64,000 nucleotides of DNA from Paragordius varius (GCA_964247055.1 OZ176051.1:12524001-12588000); one strand, 5' to 3'. Counted from the stretch's first letter, positions 37,201 through 50,400 are shown. The notes: generated by a model not told the origin, from the sequence alone. Made by a program: numbers and translations.

Positions 37201-40200
37201 TTATTAAATAACATGGCACATAAAAATATGCTAAATATATCAATTCCGTTACCGCAAAAAAATGGATTCTCGAAAATTTCTTAAAATTAATAATTAAATA
37301 TTAATCTTGTAAAATTTCAATTCTTCGTTTATTAAAAGCAAAACTTCACTTTATCCAATGTAAAGAATTTATTTAATTATAAATTTATTTCGAATGTAAT
37401 GTTTATAATCAATTAAAAATAATTATGTTATATTGTATAAACATCTTCCCATTATATTTGCAACTGGACTCCAAACAAAATAAGTAGTGTGGTAAAATAA
37501 TGGAAAGTGTTTTAAAAGCGAATGGTTTCATCAATCTAAAAATTATTACCAGGCTCACAATTTAGAAAACTCTGGGTGGGGTGATAAAAAAGTCGCACTT
37601 GACTTGTAAGCCAAGCGTGGCAAGTTGAGCAAGATTACTTAAGCCAGCAAGTGTACACTTGAAGATTGGTGATAAAAAAAACACTTAAGTCAAGTCTTTT
37701 GCTTATGAATGTAACAGTTTTTTGCCACCCAATTCGAATTTTATGGAAACTTTTTTGATCATTTTCAGCTAAAATTTATGAAATAAGGCACAAAAAGATA
37801 AACAATAAATACAATATGCATTACTTGAAGTTTTTCAAACTCACTGGCACGTATCTTATTTTATATATAGAGCTTTTTAAATTGTGAGCCTGGTAATAAT
37901 TTTTAGATTGATGAAACCATTCGCCCTTAAAACACTTTTCATTATTTTAACACACTACTTATTTTGTTTGGACTCTAGTTGCAAATATAATGGGAAGATG
38001 TTTATACAATATAACATAATTATTTTTAATTGATTATAAACATTACTTTCGAAATAAATTTATGATGAAATAAATTCTTTACATTGGTTAATATTGAAGT
38101 TTTGCTTATAAACAAGATTTGAAATTTTACAAGATTAATATTTAATTATTAATTTTAAGAAATTTTTCAGAATTTTTTGCGGTCACGGATTTGATATATT
38201 TAGCATATTTTTATATGCCATGTTATTAAATATTAGCAATTTTTCTATAAATTTATCCTCTTTTATATCCACCCAATGAATAGATTAATTAGCCAAAGTT
38301 TATAAAATTAACAACTTATAGCATTAACATAGGTTTGATTTACATATAAAACCTAAATTTTATACATAAATAGTTTCCAAAATAATTTTAACCATATTTT
38401 TAAATCTGTCAAGTGTGCCCTACAACACACTTGCAAAATCTTTAAGTTTTCTTGATCATGTGATTTTTTATCACCTCCTTATCAAGTTTTCTTGCTTGAC
38501 TTAAGTCGTGTAATGTTAAATTTTTTTTATCACATGAAAGCAAGCCATGACTTGAAAAACTTGCAAGTCAAGTCAAAAAATTTTTTTTATCACCCGACCC
38601 TCTATAATATTATATAAGATACGTGCCAGTGAGTTTGAAAAACTTCAATAAATGCTTATTGTATTTATTGTTTATCTTTTTGTGCCTTATTTCATAAATT
38701 TTAGCTGAAAATGATAAAAAAAATTTCCATAAAATTCGAATTGGGTGGCAAAAAACTGTTACATTCTTAAGCAAAAGACTTGACTTAAGTGTTTTTTTTA
38801 TCACCGATCTTCAAGTGTACACTTGCTGGCTTAAGTAAACTTGCTCAACTTGCCACGCTTGGCTTACAAGTCAAGTGCGACTTTTTTATCACCCCACCCT
38901 ATATGTAGAATGTTGCAAATGCAATTAACTGATTGAAAACTTTAATATTATCACATTAGTTAAATTCAATCTCTATTATATATATATATATATATTATGT
39001 ACATACATACCTGTTGAAATTCAATATAATAAAAAACAAAATTAACTAACTAATATTGCTTTTCGTAGGGTTGACAATTTTAAAAAATAACTACTTTGCA
39101 AATTTTTTACAGAAAGTTTAAGTTTACCACTAATACATATATCACATACTAACGCTATTCTTCACCTTTAAATGGTCGAATTCCTAAAAAGGACCACATT
39201 CACTTTCATGAGTATAATCAATACCGACGTTTGGGTATTAGCACAACGGTTTTTTTTCAGGAAAATTTTATTCGTATTATTGGTTTGGCCTAGGGGAATA
39301 TAAAAATTACAATATTTTCTATTATTTTTATCAAGGCAATAAACCAAACTATGCGATTATAACTTTATGATGAATCCTATTTTAAAAACCCTAAAATTCC
39401 ATGATGATTAGCATGAACATTAGTTTATAAGCAGAGGGGGGGGGGGAGGGGCTCTTTATTATACAAGCGGCCTATTTTGAGTCTGGGTTTATGTTATATT
39501 AGGCAAATCGTATTCTTGTCATGTCAAACGGGGAACTTGTGGAACAGGGGACACATGCAGAGTTATTAGCCTTGGGTGGAGTTTATACTCATTTAGTTCA
39601 ACGCCAAATGCAAGGTTATACTACAAACACCCCCAACACTCAAGAACACGAAGACGATATTACTGAACAACACAAAAGTGGTATGAGAAAACTTGCTTTT
39701 TGTAAAATTTTTGACTTACTAATGAATTAATTAATTCTTAGTACACTGTGATGAAAATTTGGGTGCTGAAATTATTAAATGATAAAGTTAAAAGTCCTCA
39801 ACTTAAGTTTTAGTACTTAGTTTATAACTTAAACTATTTAATTGTTAAAAGATAGTCTCCTGTTTTTAATTTTCAATTATAGGATAATTTTGAATTAGTT
39901 TAATCTATAAATTGTATAAAATGATTCAATTGTGTTAAATACTATACATTGACTAAGTGTGTTTTAATGCAGTTTGAAAATTTAAAAAAAACATTATTTG
40001 AAAATTCCTATATACATTATATATATATATATATATATTAACCAACATTTGGAATATACTCAAAATTTTAATTTTGTTAAGAAAAATAATAAGATTATGG
40101 ACCTTCTTTATTTATTAATATTATTATATCGAAAATTAATGCTATTATCTGGCATTTATTTTAAAAAAAACGATATAATCTATTATAACGAATTTGATAT

Positions 40201-41791
40201 GTGAAAACGCCAAGTAGTCGAATTGTTGTGTCGTACTCATTAGTACTAACGTGCACGAAACTAACTACGATTACTATTGGCGAATGGTTTCACATATTAT
40301 TATAATTTCAGTTTATAAATATAATTTTCAAATAATTTTTCTATTTAATTTTCGTTTACGCATTTAATAACTGTTATTACAAAATTACTAAAAATCTTAT
40401 CAATTATTATTTCTTATTAGATAAATTTCTAGATCAAGAGAATGATGCAAATAATTATGATAAACATAGAAGAAGAGTCGAAAGTGATAATCCTTTGCAA
40501 TTTCAACCAATAACTGATCATTTGGATAGGTGAGCCTATTTTAAATTACTATACTACTTTTTCATATAAATAACATAAAAAGCAAGGTTTACACAATGTG
40601 TTGGGGATCCGCTCGTTTTTTTGAAATTTATCTCTGCTAGATATATGTGGCCAACACTAATGTTTTAATAAAAATTTGCTTATAACATGTAAAACAAGGT
40701 CTTATTTACTACCAAATATTTCTTTAAAAAATGTGAGAAACATTAATGCCTATCTTAAAATTTATATTATATAATTGGATGCTTTTATATTTTATAATTG
40801 GATGCTTTTCTATAGCTAGTTACGCTTTTATAGCGTAAAATAGTGTATAATAACTTTGACTCAAATATGTATAGTAAGACACGTCGTCCAGACACCACTG
40901 CACTCAGCAGTGGTAAAGAACATGGGCGTAAAAAATCCTTATCTGCGGCTGATATTGCACAAGACAAAACAGGTGCACCTGCTCTAATTGGTGGTGCGGG
41001 GACTGGGACCTTGAATTTTGATTCTAATGATACGACTCTCACGGCTCGAAACAAAATTTCAGCCGGTCCGTCTTACAAAACGAGAGCACCTGTTAGTGAT
41101 TTTTTTGGGTTACCGCCATCCCCTACCCATAAACACATTAGTGATAGTTATTTATCATCTACTAGCACGTCTCATCCGCAAAACAGTTATGCCATGGAGG
41201 GGAGAAATGATGGGCGGATTCATGACACTACATTACCCGATTCACGATATAGTTCTTCTAGTGGTATGACCTTTTTGTTTATACTCGGCTAGAGACTTAT
41301 TTATGCATATCTTCTTGTTGTACCTTTCTTGATTATTTTATATAGGTATCAGTGGACCGTCGCACAGCCCCATAGTCAGCAATATTTCTATGACACCTCG
41401 ACTGACTTCCAGTCGTTTTTCTACGATTGGATTTGGAGGAGCGACGGAAATGCCATCCGAACCTGACCTGAATATCAGTTCTCGGGGTGTATTACCTTCT
41501 CCCTTTTCTATGGGCGTTTCAAATACTACGAATTCATCGAATTTGTTGACAACAAATACTTTGTCACAAACATCCCATAATACTTTTGGTGAAGATCGTA
41601 GTACCTCAAACCTATCATCTCAACATTTATCACCCATTAGAGATGGGGAACGTTCTACTACTTTATCCGGCATAAATGAAAACCCTGATGCAAATGAGGA
41701 AAATAACCTTAATCCAAACAGAATAGAAAATAACGGTAATACCTCGTCTACAAGGCACATTTTAGAGTCGCAACACAGGGAAGATTTATAA
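24036..41791 (+). CDS. ABCB9: ABCB9/TAPL-like ABC half transporter, about 1520 aa, 16 exons: 24036-25147, 25547-25934, 28204-28386, 29045-29182, 30470-30691, 31457-31610, 32214-32388, 33295-33449, 33889-34078, 34341-34484, 35436-35842, 36691-36875, 39503-39680, 40433-40529, 40875-41263, 41346-41791
   Basis: TMD0-like N-terminus ([37 protein letters not shown]) and a TAP-type core TMD ([18 protein letters not shown]). NBD motifs are Walker [11 protein letters not shown]-loop VSQEP, signature LSGGQRQR, Walker [13 protein letters not shown] and H-loop IAHRL. The exons sum to 4563 nt with all junctions GT-AG and in phase. The low-complexity insertion and tail exons are less certain than the conserved exons. 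Confidence 0.88.
26638..27276. mobile_element. MITE family B (TIR TACCATTTGCACTTCAAGAGTGTCCTTGAA, 21-bp unit GGTCCTTGAACACTTCAAGTT), TA target
   Basis: Inverted termini flanked by TA, with 21-bp tandem units at both ends. Confidence 0.85.
27621..28040. mobile_element. MITE family A copy
   Basis: Same termini and 21-bp units as 17757-18117. Confidence 0.8.
28456..28717. repeat. Near-perfect palindromic element of about 260 bp (hairpin MITE); related inverted copy at about 40118-40380
   Basis: Arms such as AATAACAGTTGTAAAATCCGTAAT / ATTACGGATTTTACAACTGTTATT and AGAAATTATAAACGATATGTGAAAC / GTTTCACATATCGTTTATAATTTCT pair around a short loop. Confidence 0.8.
29968..30416. mobile_element. MITE family A copy with an expanded right-hand 21-bp array
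   Basis: Termini TACCATTTACA / TGTAAATGGTA, with about 2 units on the left and about 10-11 on the right. Confidence 0.85.
32619..33242. mobile_element. MITE family B copy, opposite orientation to 26638-27276
   Basis: Same TIRs and TA flanks. The internal sequence is the reverse complement of the 26638 copy (e.g. GACTTTTTTGTTTTGTTTTTAAC versus GTTAAAAACAAAACAAAAAAGTC). Confidence 0.85.
33550..33880. mobile_element. MITE family A copy with a degenerate right end abutting the exon 9 acceptor
   Basis: The left terminus is TACCATATACAGTTCAAATTCACCC. The right-hand GGGTGAATTTGAATT units run into the poly-T and AG acceptor at 33881-33888. Confidence 0.7.
36899..38899. mobile_element. MITE of about 1 kb (TIR GGGT(C/G)GGGTGATAAAAAA) with a second copy of the same family inserted into it in inverted orientation (inner copy 37574-38600)
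   Basis: Segment 36899-37573 pairs with 37871-38600, and 37574-37870 pairs with 38601-38899 (A-B-A'-B'). B+A' is one contiguous element, and A+B' rejoin to reproduce the junction seen intact in the inner copy. Confidence 0.8.
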
Positions 41792-42605
41792 AAAGAAAAA
41801 AAAATTTTATGTGTACATTTGATATACACAGTATTTAACCATTTTAAATTTGATTGACCAAATTTAGCAAATTATATGAATGTGACGCATCCATAAATAT
41901 TCTTGTTTAATCACGATTCTCAAAGATGGCATTAAACTGTAGATAACACGCAATTATAAATTATTTTAGCTAATTTTCTGGATAACCAAAGAAGATACAT
42001 TATAAATTTTGAGGAGAGAAAAAGGGATTATTATATATACGATAAATACTCTTTATAATCGCATATCCTTGTATAATACAATACCCTAACCTTATGAAAA
42101 CATTAGGGCAAACGATAGTTTTATTGTAGGCAGTTTATTATTTTTAAATGAAAGCTTACATTATTTTTATATAGAATTATCATAATAAAACTATTTTAAA
42201 TCAATTAAAAGAGGTCAGGTTTATAAATATTATTTTTGCTTATACAAATGAATTTAGTATCCTATCGCATCTTTAATTATTCCAAATATTTATGTGTGTA
42301 TCAAATGCAACCTTACATTATTATATTTATACTTTTTAATATATACGCAAATATTTGTTGAAAAATTTATATTTTTTTGCAATAAAGAGCCACATTATTG
42401 GATTAAAGGTCATTTAATTGCGCCCAAAATATTAACTTTATAATATTGTGTTTTATGCATAAAATGACATAGGCACTACTATTAAACATCTTTGATCCAA
42501 TTATAATGCTCTTAACTGTATATTTTATGGTAGATTAATATTTATGTCATGTGGTTATTTAAAAAATAAATTTGTACATTCATAAATTATATGGTATTAT
42601 ATATA

Positions 42606-44895
42606 CAGTGGCGTATGCAGTAAAAGATTGTTAGTGCAAAATAATCTTAATGAACACAAAACAGGGGGACAATTTTCATATATTAAAGTCCTATTTACAC
42701 AGTGTGCAACAAATTTACTCAAGATATCATACCTAGCTTAATATAACCGTTGTGACATATACATCTAAAAAATATAAGGATAAAAAAAATTGTCAATGTA
42801 GAAAACTTTTTTTTCACTTTTTCCATATATGGATATATTCGGAAAAAATCAATTTATTTGCATAATACTTGATCAAAAATTATAAAACTTAGATATCATA
42901 TAAATAATATTAAATAAATATTATTTGCAAATTTTGGCTCAATATGAATGGATAGATTTAAAATAAACGTCAATTTATTAAATCCAACTAAATTTAGCCC
43001 TTTATATTAGTAACATAAAAAATACTTGATGAAAATCAATATAATATGCGCCAAAATTTAAGTTAAACTTTATATTTTAATATAAATATTACTTATATAT
43101 AATAAAAAATAGATTTTAACTAAGTTAAAAACTTTTGAAATTTTTTATTTTACTTAAATAAAATTAAATTTTTTTAATATCAACTGTAATATAATCATAT
43201 CTAGTGATTACAAATATAACCATATGTATTTTTTTACCTGGATTTTTGAATAGTAGATGATATTGACTGTTGTACCCTGATATGATGGTATATTTTATAA
43301 TAATTATAGATAAATATTTTGGAATTCAGATTACCAAGATAACAATCAAAAACCAATGTAATCCATTGTGAAAATTATATTTTAAAGACAAACTTGCTAA
43401 TCACAAGCAAACATCCACCAGAAAATTATATTTTGATACATTATGTTCATTGTGTAATAAATCTATAATATATTTTTCTTAATCTAAAATTGTTTACTTG
43501 TTTTTGAACACCTTTTAATAGATTTAAATATAAGAATTTAAAGAAATGGTACTCAACAAAAAATTAAACGGGCTGCAAAATCTTGTCTCATGAACCGTGC
43601 AACATACTATAACTATAAAAACTTGCAGACATTTATATTAAAAATAAGTATAACATAAAATTTAATTCATAATTCAGGGCTATAAGCTTTTAGAGCCGAA
43701 GTTTTGGTAAAACTGATGTACACTTCGTTAACACTTTCTTTTGCCATAAACCGTTTTTTAAAAAATAATTGAAGAAAAAACTGGACGTATTCTGAAGATT
43801 TTTTTACATTTTTAATATGAAGAATTAACCTAAAATAATTGTGTGCCTGAATACCGGATAACTCAACATAACAAAAAATAGCAATCTATGGAGGAGTTTT
43901 ATTTACATTAGAATGGGTAATTTAAGAGAAACCAATTCTTAAACTCAACATTAAAACTAAAAATAGAAATCTTTGGAGGAGTTTTATTTTTGGCGCCCTT
44001 GCCAAAAACAAGTAAACAATTTTAGATTAAGAAAAAATATTATAGATTTATTACACAATGAACATAATGTATCAAAATATAATTTTCTGGTGGATGTCTG
44101 CTTGTGATTAGCAAGTTTGTCTTTAAAATTTGATTTTCACAATGGATTACATTGGTTTTTGATTGTTATCTTGGTAATCTGAATTCCAAAATATTTATCT
44201 ATAATTATTATAAAATATACCATCATATCAGGGTACAACAGTCAATATCATCTACTATTCAAAAATCCAGGTAAAAAAATACATATGGTTATATTTGTAA
44301 TCACTAGATATGATTATATTACAGTTGATATTAAAAAAATTTAATTTTATTTAAGTAAAATAAAAAATTTCAAAAGTTTTTAACTTAGTTAAAATCTATT
44401 TTTTATTATATATAAGTAATATTTATATTAAATTAAAAAGTTTAACTTAAATTTTGGCGCATATTATATTGATTTTCATCAAGTATTTTTTATGTTACTA
44501 ATATAAAGGGCTAAATTTAGTTGGATTTAATAAATTGACGTTTATTTTAAATCTATCCATTCATATTGAGCCAAAATTTGCAAATAATATTTATTTAATA
44601 TTATTTATATGATATCTAAGTTTTATAATTTTTGATCAAGTATTATGCAAATAAATTGATTTTTTCCGAATATATCCATATATGGAAAAAGTGAAAAAAA
44701 AGTTTTCTACATTGACAATTTTATTTATCCTTATATTTTTAGGATGTCTATGTCACAACGGTCATATTAAGCTTAATATGATATCCTGAGAAAAAAAATA
44801 TCCCCAATTTTGCACACTGTGTTTATAAACATATCCATAATATCCCCCTATTAAGATTATTTTGCACTAACAATCTTTTACTGCATACGCTACTG
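42606..44895. mobile_element. Foldback-like non-autonomous DNA element, 2290 bp, with inverted arms of about 900 bp and a spacer of about 500 bp
   Basis: Arms 42606-43506 and 44003-44895 are reverse complements. Termini are CAGTGGCGTATGCAG / CTGCATACGCTACTG, flanked by TATATATA on both sides. There is no ORF. Confidence 0.9.
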
Positions 44896-44905
44896 TATAT
44901 ATATA

Positions 44906-45150
44906 TACCATTAACATTTCAAATTCACCCTTGAAAAATTTATATTCACCCTTGAACAATTCAAATTCACCCAAATTTTTAAGATTAAAAATTACCTATA
45001 TTTTTTATATTTAAAAAAAAATGAAATTTCGTTTAAAATTAACATAATACTGAAAAAATAATAAACTATGCCATAAAAATATATTTCTTAATAATGATGA
45101 GTATATTAGCCCGAAAACATTTTTTAAGGGTGAATTTAAATTGTTTAAAG
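44906..45150. mobile_element. MITE family A copy (reverse orientation relative to 17757)
   Basis: TACCATTAACATTTCAAATTCACCC start, 21-bp units, and an internal sequence that is the reverse complement of the 17757 copy. Confidence 0.7.
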
Positions 45151-45899
45151 ATATAAGTGGCATTTATACATAAATATATATTAAAAGATTTTGGCAGAGA
45201 AAAAAACCTTATCGAAAAATTAAAATTAAATATACATTTTTATAAAAAAAGGCTATTAATAACAAAATAGGTTGGACGGTTTGAAATCAATCATGCCCGT
45301 TAAGCTTTAAAATAAATAAAACGTTTGAGCTGATATTTTAGTTTATAATAAATATTGGGGGTTCAAAATAAACATCTTCACAGCTGCTTGGACAATTTTT
45401 GGTTATTTTTTATTTTGAGCCCAATTTCGGGTGATGATATATATTTCTTATAATGGTAAATTTTTGATTGGAATCCATTTCATAACATTTCTTGGCGTTC
45501 ATTTCAAACTAAAGACTCGTAGCACCCTATAGGACCATGGCCCATCCAGCATGGCCCTTTTAATAAAAATATTTTCTGTTAAAGCATAATTAATCTTTAA
45601 CCACATATATTTTAAAAAAATTACTTTGGCTCATTTTGAGTGTTCCGCAATGCCTGATGGAAGATATACCTAAATTTTAATGATTATAAGTTAAAGTCTA
45701 AACGGGTGCATAATGAAGGAATTGTTTCAAAAAGCTCATTTGAGGGGATGGGGGTGAGTCTACTTTTTATGAGTTAAATTAAAAAAATTTTTGCACAATT
45801 GATTAACTAGTGAATTTTTTTGGCATTCTGGAAATTGCACAAAAACGCCATAAGAGAAAATAATTAAATCACATTTAATTCTTAAACAAATATTAATTT

Positions 45900-47150
45900 G
45901 TATAACATCAACCAAATCATAAATGGATTAGCATTCAATCAACATAGGCTTTAAATTGCCGCCAATAATGAAACAGTGACGATATTAACTCTGCATTTAA
46001 GCGTTAATTTATATCTGATATGGTGGGCGTTAGATTCAAGTAACCAACTATTATAGATAAACCCTTCAGGATGATTAATTTACAATACGCTATATTTGTG
46101 ATCGGCATTTTATTGGTTAATTGATGCTTAAAAAAGTTTTTTTGTTTGGATATAAGTTCCGATGTTTAATATACCAGGTGTGGTCATAAGTTATTACCTG
46201 TTTAACTAAGAGAAGATGTTAGCAGACGATTAATTTACTACAGGTGCCATTTAGCCAGAAACAAGAGGAGTTTCCCAACGATAGGATTATTTCTGCCATT
46301 CAATAAGCATAATTTAGTGCCTCGCATAGCTTTTCTTATTTCATCAGAATAAAAAGGCTGTTGAAAGTTTTTGATTATTGGAAGAAAAATATGGTGAAGA
46401 GGTATAAATTAAAACTTGTGAAACATGGTGTAAAAAATTTAAAAGTTGTGTAAAGTGAACGGTGGGTGCTCTACTACACACTGCCAGGCCCTAAAGTGCG
46501 AGCGTTATCGGATGACACGGACACTTACACAAAAAACAATCAATAGATATCTATTAGCAATGAGACAGACCAATAAAATTGGTTATGTGTTTCACATATT
46601 ACATATTGAATATCTACTTACGCCATTTTTCATCAAATTGTGACTGATGAGTAGTGGCTCTTTTCCGAAAATCCAAAGAGGAAAAATTGTAGCTTTCACC
46701 TTACTTTGCCGATCTATCAACATCAATCTAACAGCAAGAAGACCTTGAACTCTGTCTGGTTTTACCAGAGCGGTATTGTGCATTATTAATCCCAATAAAT
46801 CCGTTATTAAATGATTAATTTAAACCATGAATTTAATGGGCCAGATTAATTTTATAACAATGTTCCGTTTCACACAACCACATCAGTAAAATACACCTTA
46901 AAATCGCTTGGTCGGGAAATTTTTCCGCATCTGCCATACTTGCGTCATCTAACTACTACCGCGCCGTACACCCTGGCAAAGCAGCGCAATAATGTTGAAG
47001 ACTTGAAGGGCCTGACAAATGGGCGTAAAACACATTCAGTTTTTCTGTCATGGCATTTATATATATAACCTTAGTGTGTATAGAAGCCGATGGACATATT
47101 CTGAAATAAACATAAATAACAATACAGTTTGGAGTATTTTCCATTTTCAT
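45900..47150 (-). pseudogene. Heavily decayed non-LTR retrotransposon (endonuclease/RT) remnant
   Basis: Minus-strand fragments QPFYSDEIRKAMRG (PF..EEI.KA motif upstream of RT), MPITNIAYCKL (RPI.L.N..YK-like) and YDLVD (KAYD.V-like) occur in that order among many stops. The region has locally higher GC. Confidence 0.4.
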
Positions 47151-47442
47151 TAAATTAACAGTAATTTAGATGTGCTGTTGTTTTTATATCTAATATAAGA
47201 ACCTATTATGAAAATTTTGTTAAAATCAAATAGGTATCCCGGTTAGATTATTGCTTATAATATTTAATTAATTAAATATACCATATAAACCCTGGATTAT
47301 CGTATTTATTCAACATGATATATTTCAATGTTAAATTATAATAATGTAAAAATAACCATAAAAGATTTGAGGTATAACATGATTCAGCAAATGAGTAATA
47401 TTTTTGTTATGAGGGTGACTCTTTCCCAGTGCATAAATTTTG

Positions 47443-50400
47443 CTATGGATTCATTGCCTCGGTTTCGTCCGTTTCTAATTCGCGCGGATTCGTAAAACGA
47501 ATTCTATCACCAGATGATGAACCCTTCCATATGGTAGTAAATGTTTTAGGCCGGTTTAAATGTAACGTTTCCCGGAACCAATTCCATAACTGAAGTCTTT
47601 TGGATGTTCCTAACCGTGATAAAATAGCCACTAGTAGGAGACAGAGAGTAATACTAACCCCGAGTATTGCAATTTTGACATAATGAAGGCTCCTACCTTG
47701 CTTAGATTGAGGGCTAATCCAAGACTTTTCGATTCTATTGCTTTCATTTTTCGATTCCCCAGATAATATGAGTGAGTCTTTATTTCCACAAAATGGTTTA
47801 AGAGCCCTCAGTAGGAAATGACTAATTATTTGAATGGACGAAATATTATATTTGGGGTTTGTGCAAGCCCCATCTACCGGTGGAACTTTATCATTGGAGG
47901 TTTGGGCTATAGGGGATTCATAAAACCACCATTTATTGAGATTATACACATCACAATCACAAATAATCGGATTATCTAAATCATAATTTATAGTATTTAT
48001 TAGAAAACCTTTCACACAAGACTAAATTTTTTTATATATCTAAATTATTTAACATTTTATATGTTTTCATGTAAAAATCGCAACAAAGTGTCGTTTAGTT
48101 ATGAGACATTGCTCCTTTTAATTCTCTAATCATTGAGACAATTATTATAAATCGTGCCAAAATTGACAAAAAAATGATAATAATGAATTAGATTGGTGTA
48201 TATTTATATCTCAACTTCTACCTATTAAATTGTATATTTGCAAATGTTTTGTACCATGTTGCATACCAAATTATACTTAATTTTGAATAACATCAATCTG
48301 GCAGTTATTTTAATGCTGCTCCTTTCAGAATTTTTTAGGATGTTATTTTAAAATTTTTTTGGCACCATTGTACCAGAATCTAAAGTTGTTGCTTTATAAG
48401 TTTAATTCATAAATATATATCATTGGCTAAAAAATTCAAATAATTGGGCCAGGATTATTCAACGCCCGGTCCTCCGAATTATTTCTGAGTCCCACAAGAT
48501 TGTGTTCTTATTTAATCTTAGAACCTATTCCATATTTTTTTAAAATGCCCGACGATTGCGTCAAAAATGCGACCCGCAAAGTCATTTGTGTTGATTACCC
48601 CTGATCTAAGCCTTTATAAATGAATATTAAAGGAATCTATAAGATTACCGAGAAAGGTAAAAAAATATGGAATAGTGTGTGTGCATATAACACTTTACAA
48701 GACAGTACTGGGCAGGAAATGTACAACATATTCTTGTCAAAAAATTTAATCATAATTTTTTAAAAATAATCTTATCGGGTTATGGTTAAAAGTTTCAAAT
48801 TAAAATCGACATATTTGATGAAAGCCTTATAATAACATGAGTTGAATGAATATATTAAATAAATAATTGTTTAAATTTTAACCATAGTCGAAATAAAACA
48901 GTAACATTTTTCTCCTACATTAACGATATACATATTATAAAAATAATCCTATAATTATATTTATTTATCATTATAAGATTAATAAAAATTGCTTGGTCGT
49001 GAGGTCCGAACAAACGAAATTGTACAATTATGCGGTAAAAGATTGTATTTTGTAATTAGACATTATATAAAGATATAGAGTGTACCCATAACATTCCGTT
49101 TAAAAATAATTTAAACCTTATTATAAAAGATAATGTATGATCTAGATATAAAAATACTCTGATCGCAATTTTTGGTTGATTTTTTTATACCCAATATCAG
49201 AAATCAAAAAAGTGGCGCTAAAATATTTAATAACAATTTTTCAGTTAAAATAGCCCAAATATCCTGAGGAATTATCTTTTCCAGACAATATACGCAATAT
49301 TTAAATAAATTTAAATAATATATATATATATATATACCTTATAGGAATATGTATCAGGATTACGATTTGATTATGGTTTTGGCCCTTATGAGTGTGATAT
49401 ATGAAAGTTATTAACACTTTTGTGGTAAGTGGTGCACATCATAAAATGGTAAAATTATCGCACATTTTTTGAATATTTTTTTAGATGATAGTAAGCTTAA
49501 TCCAAAAATATTATCAGAATATATCATAATTTACATATAAAAAGCAAAACAATATTTTTAAAAAATTTAAAATTTTTAGATGTGCCACAAATTTTTGTTC
49601 GGGTTTAAAATGGGTTAATTTTTTTTAAATAACCATAAAATGCCGAGATTTGGCGATAAAAATTTTAAATATATCCTAAATTCTGATATTAAATAAAAAC
49701 ATTTTTTAAAAAATGCCTACTTTTTTAAAAATTTTATTACAAAATTTTGTTAAAGCGTACTTCTTACTTTTTTCATGAAGGAAACGGTATAAAAACGCTT
49801 TGAGTTATTATAAATATATAATTTAATGTTGATGAGATCTCTTCATTTTAAGTTAAAGGTTCGTATGCAAAATTTTGTTAAATCTTTGTTATAAAACACA
49901 ATTTATATTTAACAAATTTAAGACGTTCGGTCACATCTTTGATTAATTTGACTTAAATATTGTTTTGCTTTTTATATTTAGTTTATGATTTTAGTAATAT
50001 TTTTCGGAATGAAGCATTTAGTTTTTACAAAAAAAAATTTATTTAAGTGCGCAAATTTTACCATTTCCTGATACGGAACACTTGCCATAAAGTGTAATCA
50101 ACTTTCTTATATAACCAAAAACAAAAACATTAAGATAATTCTGATACATTTTTTATTAAAATATATATATATATATCATCAGGAGTTTATACACCCCGAT
50201 TTTAGACGCAGTGTGTATATTAAGGTTTGTAAAAGTATGTCCAACTATTTTGCAAATAACCCAATATATATAAAGCTTAGATCATTTAATTATGTTACAG
50301 ACGTGCTTTCCTTTTGCGAAAAGATTTTGACTAATAGAAATTATCACAGTTTTTTTTTATTAAACAAAAATATTTATATGCCCGCCGGTCCCAAACGGTT

